Notes: generated by a model from the letters alone, not told the origin. Positions 53,601 to 63,489 are shown, numbered from the stretch's first letter. The stretch: DNA of 64,000 nt from Glaucostegus cemiculus (GCA_976551045.1 CDPCPM010000022.1:20894001-20958000); one strand, 5' to 3'. Translations and numbers: made by a program.

Positions 53601-56600
53601 CAGAACTCTTACAACCTCTGTGGATGTTCCTTAGTACCACCATTTTTGGTGTTCATGGGGTGAGAGTACATGAGGATAATTCATTTACTCAAAACAATTT
53701 TTGAGATGATCCATGCGATGTTTTCCCTTTGCTCCAGATTATGGTGCTGTGAAGGAGCCCGGTGTCGAGGACCCATTTTAGAGTCTTGTGTAGGGCAACG
53801 GACAATTTGACAAGCTCTTTGCAGCCAGCTCACCTTCATTTGAGACTTTTGGAAAATTGTCCTGGCAGAGATGTTGATGTTGATTCCCTTATCATGATTT
53901 GGAGGATATGGCAGAGCTAACATTTGGTAGTATCTCTCCAGTGCTGTGAAGTGTCAATCCGCAGTATCCTCTCCGATCCACTGAATGCAGATAGTTCTGC
54001 ATTGATTTGCCCCTTCTCAGTGTTCTGCAGTTGTTTCTTTATTCTTTCATTCCCCAACCACTTTTCCTGGTCCCTCTACTCCTTCAACCCAACTCCCCCC
54101 ATAAATTTGGAAGCCTGTGCCCATAATGCAGTTATTTCACGAACACATGATAAAATTAGTCGTGCCTGATCATAGATGTTCTACTGATTGGAATAGTGGC
54201 CACCTTTGAGCCGAGTTGACAGCTGGTTTTGGATCCTGTTGTTATAGGGATGGTTTCGCGTGATCCTTGGTGATGGCCGACTGTGAGTGAAGGGTCGAAA
54301 CTGTGGAATCTGTTAGAGTGATTGATGTTGTTTTATGGGTGCTGCTACTTAATTTGGTGGGTTTTGGGAGTTAGCACTGCACTGTACTAAGGTGCACATT
54401 GTGGCATTACCAGTCTCAAATAAATGGATGCGAGTTTAATGAATGATAAACACTGACACATTAAATGTCACTCAATCCAAAACCAGAGGCCTCAAGTTAC
54501 TGGGCAAGTCATCTCTCTGTTCGTACCTCTGACTTATTCCAGCAACCTTTGGGCCAAAGCAGATTTTCAAGAGATGTGAATGAGACTGTAATGTGTTTGA
54601 TTGCTTCTCAGTCTCAGGTTATTTTTGGAATATTTGTTGTATAGGCTCAACAATTACTAAGTAATGAATAGCTTGTTGGAATATTCTTCCAAATGTAGAC
54701 AATTTTGAACTATTGTTATTATCCATTGATTAAAGCTTGGTTAATATTTTCACAGGATTCCAATGACACAGTATTAGCACAAGGAATTGAAAAATGTAAT
54801 TCTTTGGGCTCAGTGCATTCCAAAGGTTCTGGAGGCGAGGGTTTGGGTGAACTGCAGGAAACAGCGAGAAGTGGGAGACCTCAGGTAAGGAGTGCGAAAA
54901 ATGGCTCATAAAATGAGGCTTACAGTTGGTTATGCAGATGAGGAATTTTCATACATTTACATCTTGATCTTCTTTTCCTAGGCAGTCCATTAGGGTTGAG
55001 GAGAACTTTCCTCTGCTCCAGTTCTGTAGGTTGTGAGGTGTCCCTAGTGGGACATGTAGAGCCTTGCACAGTACAGCAAACATGATTGGCAGTGGGGTCA
55101 ATATTCAAGGCGCTGCATTTCTTCCAATGTTACCAATCAGCTTCCTTCTTGTTCTGGTGAAGATACAGAACTCTTACAACCTCTATTGATGTTCCTTAGT
55201 ACCACCATTTTTGGTGTTCATGGGGTGAGAGAACATGAGGATAATTCATTTACTCAAAACAAATTTTGAGATGATCCATGAGATCGTTTTCCCTTTGCTC
55301 CAGATAATGCTGCTGTGAAGGAGCCCGGTGTCAAGGTCCCATTTTAGAGTCTTGTGTAGGGCATGCGGACAATTTAACAAGCTCTTTGCAGCCAGCTTTC
55401 CTTCATTTGGGACTTTTGGGAAAATTGTCCAGGGAGAGATGTTGATGTTGGTTTCCTTATCATGATTTGGAGGATATGGCAGAGCTAACATTTGGTAGTA
55501 TCTCTCCAGTGCTGTGAAGTGTTTATCCCCTGTCTCCTCTCCGATCCACTGAATGCAGATAGTTCCGCATTGACTTGCCCCTTCTCAGTGTTCAGCAGTT
55601 GTTTCTTTATTCTTTCATTCCCCAACCACTTTTCCTGGTCCCTCTACTCCTTCAACCCTACTCCCCCCATAAATTTGGAAGCCTTTGGCCCATCATGCAG
55701 TTGGTTCACAAACACATGTTCAAAATTAGTCGTCGCCCGATCATAGATGTTCTACTGATTGGAATAGTGGCCAACTTTGAGCCGAGTTGACAGCTTGTTC
55801 TGGATCCTGTTGTTATAGGGATGGTTTAGCCTGATCCTTGGTGACGGCCGACTGTGAGTGAAGGGTCGAAACTGTGGAATCTGTTAGAGTGACTGATGTT
55901 GTTTTATGGGTGCTGCTACTTAATTAGGTTGGTTTTGGAAGTTATCACTGCACTGTAGTAAGGTGCACATTGTGGCATTACCAGACTCAAATAAATGAAT
56001 GCTAGTTTAATGAATGATAAACCCTGGCACATTAAAATTCATGCAGTCCAAAACCAGAGGCCTCAAGTTACTGGGCAAGTCATCTCTCTGTTCGTTCCTC
56101 CGACTTTTTCCAGCAACCGTCGGGCCAAAGCAGATTTTCAAGAGATGTGAATGAGACTGTAATGATTTTGTTTGCTTCTCAGTTTCAGGTTATTTGTGGA
56201 ATATTTGGTGAATAGGCCCAACAATTATTAAGTAAAGAATAGGTTGTTGGAATACTCTTCCAAATGTAGACAATTTTGAACTATTGTTATTATCCATTGA
56301 TTAAAGCTTGGTTAATATTTTCACAGGATTCCAATGACACAGCATTAACACAAGGAAATGAAAAATGTAATTCTTTGGGCTCAGTGCATTCCAAAGGTCC
56401 TGGAGGCGAGGATTTGGGTGAAGTGCAGGAATCAGATAGAAATGGGAGACCTCAGGTAAGGAGTGCGAATAATGGCTCATAAAATGAGGCTTGCAGTTGG
56501 TTATGCAGATGAGGAATTTTCATACATGTACATCTTGATCTTCTCTTCCTAGGCAGTCCATTAGGGTTGAGGAGAACTTTCCTCTACTCCAGTTCTGTAG

Positions 56601-59600
56601 GTTGTGAGGTGTCTCTTGTGGGACATGTAGAGCCTTGCACCGTAGAGCAAACATGATAGGCAGTGGGGTCAATATTCAAGGCGCAGCATTTCTTCCTATG
56701 GTACCAATCAGCTTCTTTCTAGTTCTGGTGAAGACACAGAACTCTTACAACCTCTAAGGACGTTCCTTAGTACCACCATTTTTAGTGTTCATGGGGTGAG
56801 AGTACATGAGGATAATTCATTTACTCAGAACAATTTTTGAGATGATCCATGCGATGTTTTCCCTTTGCTCCAGATAATGCTGCTGTGAAGGAGCCCGGTG
56901 TCAAGGACCCATTTTAGAGTCTTGTGTAGGGCATGCGGACAATTTGACAAGCTCTTTGCAGCTGGCTAACCTTCATTTGAGACTTTTGGGAAAATTGTCC
57001 AGGGAAAGATGTTGATGTTGGTTCCCTTATCATGATTTGGAGGATATGGCAGAGCGAACATTTGGTAGTATCTACCCAGTGCTGTGAAGTGTTTATCCCC
57101 TGTCTCCTCTCCGATCCACTCCATGAAGATAGTTCCTCATTGACTTGCCCCTTCTCAGTGTTCCGCAGTTGTTTCTTTATTCTTTCATTCCCCAACCACT
57201 TTTCCTGGTCCCTCTACTCCTTCAACCCTACTCCCGCTGTTAATTTGGAAGCCTGTGGCCCAACATGCAGTTGATTCACAAACAAATGATCAAAATTAGT
57301 CGTGCCTGATCATCGATGTTCTACTGATTGGAATAGTGGCCAACTTTGAGCCGAGTTGACAGCTTGTTTAAGATCCTGTTGTAATAGGGATGGTTTCGCG
57401 TGATCCTTGGTGATGGCCGACTGTGAGTGAAGGGTCGAAACTGTGGAATCTGTTAGAGTGATTGATGTTGTTTTATGGGTGCTGCTACTTAATTTGGTGG
57501 GTTTTGCGAGTTATCACTGCACTGTACGAAGGTGCAGATTGTGGCATTATCAGTCTCAAATAAATGAATGGGAGTTTAATGAATGATAAACCCTGGCACA
57601 TTAAATGTCACTCATTCCAAAACCAGAGGCCTCAAGTTACTGGGCAAGTCATCTCTCTCTTCGTACCTCCGACTTATTCCAGCAACCTTTGGACCAAAGC
57701 AGATTTTCAAGAGATGTGAATGAGACTGTAATGTGTTTGATTGCTTCTCAGTCTCAGGTTATTTGTGGAATATTTGGTGTATAGGCCCAACAATTATTAA
57801 GTAATGAATAGCTTGTTGGAATAGATTAACGGTTGTTTTAATGAATGATAAATTCTGGCACATTAAATGTCACTTAAACTGAAACCAGAGCCCTCAAGTT
57901 GCTGGGCATGTCATCTTTCTGTTCGTACCTCAGTCTGATTTCCACAACCTTTGGGCCAAAGCAGATTTGCAAGAGATGTCAATGAGACTGTAATGTGTTT
58001 GTTTACTTGTTTGGTTATTGTGGAATATTTGGTGTATAGGCCCAACAATCATTGAATAATGAATAGCTTCTTTGAAAATTCTTTCAAATGTGAAGAATTT
58101 AAACTGTTTTTATTATCAATTGAATAAACCTTTGTTAATATTTGCGTAGCAATCCAAAGACAGAGCAATGGCACAAGCAAATCAGGAATCTAGGTCATTG
58201 GGATCAGCGGTTTTTGGAAGTTCTAGAGGCCAGGATTCACAAGAAGTGCAGAAATCAGAAGGGGATGTGATTCATCAGGTAAGGAGTACGAATTATTGCT
58301 CATAAAATGAGGCTTGCAGTTGGTTATGCAGATGAGCAAATTTTATTCATGTACTTCCCGATCTATTCTTCCTAGGCAGTCCTTTAGGGTTGTGGAGAAT
58401 ATTTTTCTGCCCCAGTTCTATAGGCTGTGATGTTTCTCTTGAGTCCATGTGGGACATGTAGCGTCTTGCACAGTAGAGCATACCTGATTGACAGGGTGCT
58501 AGATATTCAAGGTGCAACATTTCTTACAACCTTACCAACCAGTTTCCTTCTGGTTCCAATGAAGAGACACAATTCTTACAACCTCTATAGATGTTCCTCA
58601 CTATCACCATTTTTGGTGTTCATGGGGAGGAAGTTTATGAGGAAAATTCATTTTCTCAAAACAAGTTTTGAGAATATCCATGAGTTGTTTTCCCTTTGCT
58701 CCAGATAATGCTGCTGTGAAAGAGCCTAGAGTCAAGGACCCATTTTGAGGTCTTTTGTTGTGCATGTGGACAATGTGACCAGTTCTTTGCATCTAGCTCA
58801 GTATGATACGAGTGTTTTCTGGAAATTGGTCTAGGAGAGATGTTGATGTTGGTTCCCTTATCATGATTTGGAAGATATGGCAGAGCTATCATTGGTAGCA
58901 TCTCTCCATTGCTTTGAGGTGTCTATCCCCACTATTCTCCCCGATCCACTCCATGCTGATATTTCCACATTGACTTGCCCCTTCTCAGTGTTCGGCAGTT
59001 GTTTCCGCCTTCCTAATTCTTCCTTTCCCCAACCACTATTCCCTATCCGTCTACACCTTCAACCCTATTACCCCCATGATGTTGGAAGACTGTGGCCCAT
59101 CATGCAGTTGGTTTACAAACACATGATCAACAACAGCCGTGCCATATCATAGATGTTCTACTGATTGGAATAGTCGCCAACTTTGAACCAAGTTGACAGC
59201 TTGTTTTCGATCCTATTGTTATAGGGATGGTGTAGCCAGGTGCATGGTGAGAGTTGACTGCGAGTGAAGCGACGACATTCTGGAATTGGGGAGAGTGATT
59301 GATGTTGTTTTATGGGTGCTGCTAATTAATTTGGTGGGTTTTGCAAGATATTACTGCACTGTATGAAGGTGCACATTGTGGCATTACTAGTCTCAAATAA
59401 ATTAATGGGAGTTTAATGAAAGATAAATCCTGGCACATTAAATGTCACTCAAACCAAAACCAGAGCCCTCAAGTTACTGGGCAAGCAATCTCTCTGTTCG
59501 TACCTCCGACTTATTCCAGCAACCTTTGGGCCAAAGCAGATTTTCAAGAGATGTGAATGAGACTGTAATGTGTTTGATTGCTTCTCAGTCTCAGGTTATT

Positions 59601-62008
59601 TGTGGAATATTTGGTGTATAGGCCCAACAATTATTAAGTAAAGAATAGGTTGTTGGAATATTCTTCCAAATGTAGACAATTTTGAACTATTGTTATTATC
59701 CATTGAATAAAGCTTGGTTAATATTTTCACAGCATTCCAAAGACACAGCATTGGCACAAGGAATTGAAGAATGTTATTCTTTGGGCTCAGTGCATTCCAA
59801 AGGTTCTGGAGGCAAGGATTTGGGTGAAGTGCAGGAAACAGAGAGAAATGGGAGACATCAGGTAAGGAGTGCGAATAATGGCTCATAAAATGAGGCTTGC
59901 ATTTGGTTATGCAGATGAGGAATTTTCATACATGTACATCTTGATCTTCTCTTCCTAGGCAGTCCATTAGGGTTGAGGAGAACTTTCCTCTTCTCTAGTT
60001 CTGTAGGTTGTGAGGTGTCTCTTGTGGGACATGTAGAGCCTTGCACAGTAGAGGAAACATGATTGGCAGTGGGGTCAATATTCAAGGCGCTGCATTTCTT
60101 CCAGTGTTACCAATCAGCTTCCTTCTAGTTCTGGTGAAGACACAGAACTCTTACAACCTCTATGGATGTTCCTGAGTACCACCATTTTTGGTGTTCATGG
60201 GGTGAGAGTACATGAGGATAATTCATTTACTCAAAACAATTTTTGAGATGATCCATGAGATCTTTTCCCATTGCTCCAGATAATGCTGCTGTGAAAGAGT
60301 CCGGTGTCGAGGACCCATTTTAGAGTCTTGTGTAGGGCATGCGGACAATTTGACAAGCTCTTTGCAGCCAGCTCACCTTCATTTGTGACTTTTGGTAAAA
60401 TTGTCCTGGGAGAGATGTTGATGTTCGTTCCCTTATCATGATTTGGAGGATATGGCAGAACTAACATTGGTAGTATCTCTCCAGTGCTGGAGGTGTCTAT
60501 CCCCAGTCTCCTCTCTGATCCACTCCATGCAGATAGTTCCGCATTGACTTGCCCCTTCTCAGTGTTCCGCAGTTGTTTCTTTATTCTTTCATTCCCCAAC
60601 CACTTTTCCTGGTCCCTCTACTCCTTCAACCCTACTCCCCCCATGAATTTGGAAGCCTGTGGCCCATCATGCAGTTGGTTCACAAACACATGATCAAAAT
60701 TAGTCGTGCCCGATCATAGATGTTCTACTGATTGGAATAGTGGCCACCTTTGAGCCGAGTTGACAGCTTGTTTTGGATCCTGTTGTTATAGGGATGGTTT
60801 CGTATGATCCTTGGTGATGGCCGACTGTGAGTGAAGGGTCAAAACTGTGGAATCTGTTAGAGTGATTGATGTTGTTTTATGGGTGCTGCTACTTAATTTG
60901 GTGGGTTTTGCGAGTTATCACTGCACTGTATGAAGGTGCAGATTGTGGCATTACCAGTCTCAAATAAATGAATGGGAGTTTAATGAATGATAAACACTGA
61001 CACATTAAATGTCACTCATTCCAAAACCAGAGGCCTCAAGTTACTGGGCAAGTCATCTCTCTCTTCGTACCTCCGACTTATTCCAGCAACCTTTGGACCA
61101 ATGCAGATTTTCAAGAGATGTGAATGAGACTGTAATGTGTTTGATTGCTTCTCAGTCTCAGGTTATTTGTGGAATATTTGGTGTATAGGCCCAACAATCA
61201 TTAAATAATGAATACCATGTTGGAATATTCTTCCAAATGTAGACAATTTGAACTACTGAAATACTGTCTACCTTCAGTCTCTTCTCCAATCCACTCCATG
61301 CACATTGTTTCCTATTAACTTGCACTTTCTCACTGTTCCGCAGTAGTCTCTGTCTTCCTATTTTTTCCTCTTCGACACCACTGTTCCTCATCTTCCTGCT
61401 CCATCATCCCCTATTCCCAGCATGATGGTTTTTCCTTGTGGCCCATCATGCAGTTAGTCCACAAACACATGATCAACATCAGCAATTTAAGATCATGGAA
61501 GTTCTACTGATTGGAAGAGTGTCGAACTTTGAACCGAGTAGACAGTTTATTTTGGAGTTAATGAATGGTATACACTTGCACTTTAAATGTTACTCAAACC
61601 AAACCCAGAGTCCACAATTTGGTGAGCAAGACAACTGTCTATTCGTACCCTAGACTTGTTCCAGCATCATTTTGGGCCAAAGCAGATTTGCAAGAGATGT
61701 CAATGAGACTGCAATGTGTTTATTTGCTTTTCAGTCTCACGTAATTTTTGGAATGTTTGGTGTTTGGGCCCAACAATCATTGAACAATGAATCACTTGGT
61801 AGAATATTCTTCCAACAAGTTTGACAATTAAAAATATTGTTATTATCCATTGAACAAGCCCTGGCTAATATTTTCATAGGAATCCAAAGACAGAGCAATG
61901 GCACATAGAAATCGACAATCTTGTTCATTAGAATCAAAGTTTGCTGTAGTATCTAGAAGCCATAAATTGGATGAAAGGCAGAATGCACAGAGGGATGGGA
62001 ATTGTCAA
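17621..62008 (+). CDS. Multi-exon ubiquitin-specific protease (peptidase C19, USP47/USP40/USP7-like), 3'-incomplete; model includes the tandem 129-nt exons
   Basis: Manual assembly of GT-AG exons with matching phases. GIHNQGATCYLNTLLQTLYM Cys box, QQDAAEYF, CLEC/CETC Zn ribbon, LPQILVLQLKRFEFDY. No His box was found in the window. Linkage of the repeat exons to this gene is inferred. Confidence 0.75.
19735..20372 (+). mobile_element. Penelope-like element 3' fragment (intronic)
   Basis: HVACHFNSPSHSHTDLSV.GLLH...EEEHLMFHLGSLQP GIY-YIG C-terminus plus pyrimidine-rich tail. Confidence 0.75.
21644..21740 (+). CDS. USP Cys-box exon (KFAGIHNQGATCYLNTLLQTLYMSPEVKDAIKR)
   Basis: Canonical USP Cys box; catalytic Cys codon TGC at 21676-21678; AG|gtttgt donor, phase 2. 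Confidence 0.92.
21922..22064 (+). CDS. USP exon (LYINPIQSKENFNKDTSIGHQLKELFEMLDAKEPGNTQRITKTLGIN)
   Basis: cctcctcttag| acceptor, G|gtaagt donor, phases 2/1 match neighbours; resembles the USP47-type SI..QL..LF...T..IT..G segment. Confidence 0.88.
23342..23433 (+). CDS. USP QQD-box exon (VRKQQDAAEYFRKIINKLAEESDGETCNISQ)
   Basis: QQDAxE motif; ctttaag| acceptor, CAG|gttagt donor, phases 1/0. Confidence 0.9.
24378..24509 (+). CDS. USP exon with the first Zn-ribbon CxxC (IYQSKAINSLTCLECNVEAPEECCLLDIPLTVHLNDCGSSIQSV)
   Basis: ttttcccccag| acceptor, GTG|gtaagt donor, 132 nt, phase 0/0. Confidence 0.9.
25030..25125 (+). CDS. USP exon with the second Zn-ribbon CxxC (NAALQDFLKAVILDGDNLCYCETCQKKTKTEM)
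   Basis: tttgttttcag| acceptor, ATG|gtgagt donor; LDGDN.CYCETC motif. Confidence 0.9.
25300..25990 (-). mobile_element. Degraded RTE-like LINE 3' end (intronic)
   Basis: Minus-strand remnants CPICGKVC ... GLI of a C-terminal Zn-finger-like motif and PALLYSSET, typical of RTE ORFs. Confidence 0.45.
26808..26945 (+). CDS. USP box-4 exon (RYYFERLPQILVLQLKRFEFDYSMMTFKKLHDEVEIPLSLKFQKKQ)
   Basis: LP..L.LQLKRF motif; tttacag| acceptor, CAG|gtatat donor, phase 0/0. Confidence 0.9.
28435..28476 (+). CDS. Small USP exon (NKKNGKTEWCLNSM)
   Basis: ttttattcacag| acceptor, ATG|gtaaga donor, 42 nt, open, phase 0/0. No motif support. Confidence 0.6.
29985..30838 (+). mobile_element. Penelope-like element 3' fragment with GIY-YIG endonuclease remnant
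   Basis: ORF 30040-30351: FTSESDDVIYCIRC...ETQRRLGDRFIEH...HFN...H...LEEHLIFRLGSLQPEGLN. Confidence 0.85.
32819..32947 (+). pseudogene. Dead copy of the repeat exon
   Basis: Acceptor AG>AA, donor GT>GA, in-frame TAG at 32900-32902. Confidence 0.8.
34399..34527 (+). CDS. Repeat exon 1, type A (DSNDTAIAQGIEECNSLGSVHSKGSGGEGLGELQETERNGRPQ)
   Basis: ttttcacag| ... CAG|gtaagg, 129 nt, open, phase 0/0. Confidence 0.8.
35968..36096 (+). CDS. Repeat exon 2, type B (DSNDTALTQGNEKCNSLGSVHSKGPGGEDLGEVQESDRNGRHQ)
   Basis: Same splice sites, 129 nt, open. Confidence 0.8.
37534..37650 (+). CDS. Repeat exon 3, type B with in-frame 12-nt deletion
   Basis: 117 nt, lacks NSLG, splice sites intact. Confidence 0.78.
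39091..39219 (+). CDS. Repeat exon 4, type B
   Basis: 129 nt, open, splice sites intact. Confidence 0.8.
40660..40788 (+). CDS. Repeat exon 5, type A
   Basis: 129 nt, open, splice sites intact. Confidence 0.8.
42226..42342 (+). CDS. Repeat exon 6, type B with in-frame 12-nt deletion
   Basis: 117 nt, splice sites intact. Confidence 0.78.
43783..43911 (+). CDS. Repeat exon 7, type B
   Basis: 129 nt, open, splice sites intact. Confidence 0.8.
45352..45480 (+). CDS. Repeat exon 8, type A
   Basis: 129 nt, open, splice sites intact. Confidence 0.8.
46917..47045 (+). CDS. Repeat exon 9, type B
   Basis: 129 nt, open, splice sites intact. Confidence 0.8.
48486..48614 (+). CDS. Repeat exon 10, type B (G18C)
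   Basis: 129 nt, open, splice sites intact. Confidence 0.8.
50054..50182 (+). CDS. Repeat exon 11, type A variant (E28K, E37S)
   Basis: 129 nt, open, splice sites intact. Confidence 0.8.
51622..51750 (+). CDS. Repeat exon 12, type A variant (G27V, E28K)
   Basis: 129 nt, open, splice sites intact. Confidence 0.8.
53191..53319 (+). CDS. Repeat exon 13, type B (D37G)
   Basis: 129 nt, open, splice sites intact. Confidence 0.8.
54756..54884 (+). CDS. Repeat exon 14, A/B mosaic (DSNDTVLAQGIEKC...QETARSGRPQ)
   Basis: 129 nt, open, splice sites intact. Confidence 0.8.
56327..56455 (+). CDS. Repeat exon 15, type B with a type A 3' end (RPQ)
   Basis: 129 nt, open, splice sites intact. Confidence 0.8.
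58150..58278 (+). CDS. Repeat exon 16, diverged type C (QSKDRAMAQANQESRSLGSAVFGSSRGQDSQEVQKSEGDVIHQ)
   Basis: tttgcgtag| ... CAG|gtaagg, exactly 129 nt and open despite divergence. Confidence 0.75.
59733..59861 (+). CDS. Repeat exon 17 (HSKDTALAQGIEECYSLGSVHSKGSGGKDLGEVQETERNGRHQ)
   Basis: 129 nt, open, splice sites intact. Confidence 0.8.
61880..62008 (+). CDS. Repeat exon 18, highly diverged type D (ESKDRAMAHRNRQSCSLESKFAVVSRSHKLDERQNAQRDGNCQ)
   Basis: ttttcatag| ... CAA|gtaagg, exactly 129 nt and open, although the flanking intron is heavily diverged. Confidence 0.75.
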
Positions 62009-63157
62009 GTAAGGAATGCTGATCATGGCTCACAAAATAACGCTTACAGTTGGTCTTGCAGATGAGGAAATTTAATACATGTACTTCTTGACCTTCTCTT
62101 CATAGGCACACCCTTCAGGTTGAGAACTTTCTTCTGCTCCAGTTTTGTAGGTTAAAATGTATTTGATGAGGTCCATGTGGGAGAGGTAGAGTCATTCATA
62201 GTGGAGCAGATGTTGATTAATAGTGGGGTTGATAATTCAAGGCGCTGCACTCCTTTCAACATTTCCAGTCAGCTTCCCTTTGCTCTTGATGAAGAGACTC
62301 AGTTCTCACTGGCTCTATGGATGGTCCTCTCCAGTGCTTTGAGGTGTCTCTCTCCAGCCTCCTCCCTGATCCTCTCCATTCACAATGCTCCATTTGACCT
62401 GGACCTTCTCAGTGTTCCCCAATAGTCTCCATCTTCCTATTTTTTCCTTTCCCCACCACTGTTCCGGATCTCCCTGCTCCTTCATCCTCTATTCCCCACA
62501 CGATGGTTAAAACTTGTGGCCCACCATGCAGTGTGTTCACAAACACATGATCAACATCAGGCCTGCCAGATCATAGATGTGGTACTGATTAGAAGAGTGG
62601 TGAACTTTGAACTGAGAAGAGGCCCTGTTTTGGAGACTGTTGTTATGTAGATGGTGTTGCCAAATCCTTGCTGATTGCTGAGTGTGATTGAAGCCTCAAT
62701 ACTGGGGAACTTGGGAGAGCAGCTGATGATGTTTTACTTGTCCTGCTAATTGATTTGGTGGGTTGCAGACTTATCACTGCACTGTAAGAGTGGACATTGT
62801 GTCATCTCTAGTCTCAAATAAATTAAAGGAAAGCTTTCTGCATGGTAAACTGCTGCACATTAAAGGTGTCTCAAACCAAAATCAGAGCCCACAATTTGCT
62901 GGGCAAGACATCTCTTCTCTTTGCTCCTCAGACTTTTTCCAGCACCTTTGGGCCAGAGCAGATTTGCCAGAGAAGTTCATGAGACTGCAATTTGATAAAG
63001 TGCTTTTCAGCTTGGCTAATGTCCAGAAATGTTTGGTGTTTTGGCCTTTAGCAAATGTTGCCATGCAATTATGAAGAATGTGGTGGAATATTCTTGGTGG
63101 ACATCATAAGATATTGTTTGTATCCAGTGAACGGACTTTAGTTGAAAATTTTCATAG

Positions 63158-63284
63158 GAATCCAAAGAAACAGCAAAGACATGTAGGAAGCAATGATCTT
63201 TTTCATCTGGACCAGAACTTTCCGTAAGATCTACAAGGTACAAAATTAAAGAAACCAGAAACCACAGAGGGATGGGAGTCCGAG
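63158..63284 (+). pseudogene. Dead copy of the repeat exon
   Basis: Acceptor retained, but TGA at 63194-63196, small deletions, and donor decayed to gttccc. Confidence 0.65.
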
Positions 63285-63489
63285 GTTCCCATCTAGAGAC
63301 CTGAATGGAAGGTGTGGCGCTCAAAATTCAAATTTCACTCCAATAGCCGGGAAAGTTAAAGTTACAAAACTAAATAATGACCTGGAACAAAAAGCTGGAG
63401 ACCCTGAAACTGCCGGATTGCCGCAAAAGAAAAAATCTACCTTGCTAAAGGCTTTTTGCCAAATCTGGCCATCTTTGCCTGTTTTCATA

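Larger units (their letters stand above)
31270..63290 (+). repeat. Tandem array of ~1.57 kb exon+intron units (about 21-22 units including partial ones); homogeneous core ~33.9-57.8 kb, diverged ends
   Basis: A marker ORF recurs at 34348, 35917, 37483, 39040, 40609, 42175, 43732, 45301, 46866, 48435, 50003, 51571, 53140, 54705 and 56276 (spacing 1557-1571), and again at 59682. Confidence 0.97.

Noticed and set aside
34262-60693. Recurrent 60-124 aa ORFs in each repeat unit (MNIDPTA..., MLALPYPP..., MVVSLQCC..., MSHF...)
   Set aside because: They recur only because the DNA is repeated. They gain stops and frameshifts between copies, and I found no recognisable domain or consistent splice sites. 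Only the internal 129 nt of the MNYCYY... ORF behaves as an exon.
34399-62008. Dscam-style mutually exclusive splicing
   Set aside because: I could not identify docking/selector pairings, and ~1.44 kb introns impose no steric exclusion. Constitutive or cassette inclusion is equally possible, so this is not claimed.
31270-63290. CRISPR array, rDNA/5S/snRNA/histone cluster, or endogenous virus as explanations for the tandem array
   Set aside because: No short repeat-spacer pattern, no recognisable structural RNA or histone sequence, and no long ORFs or viral motifs.
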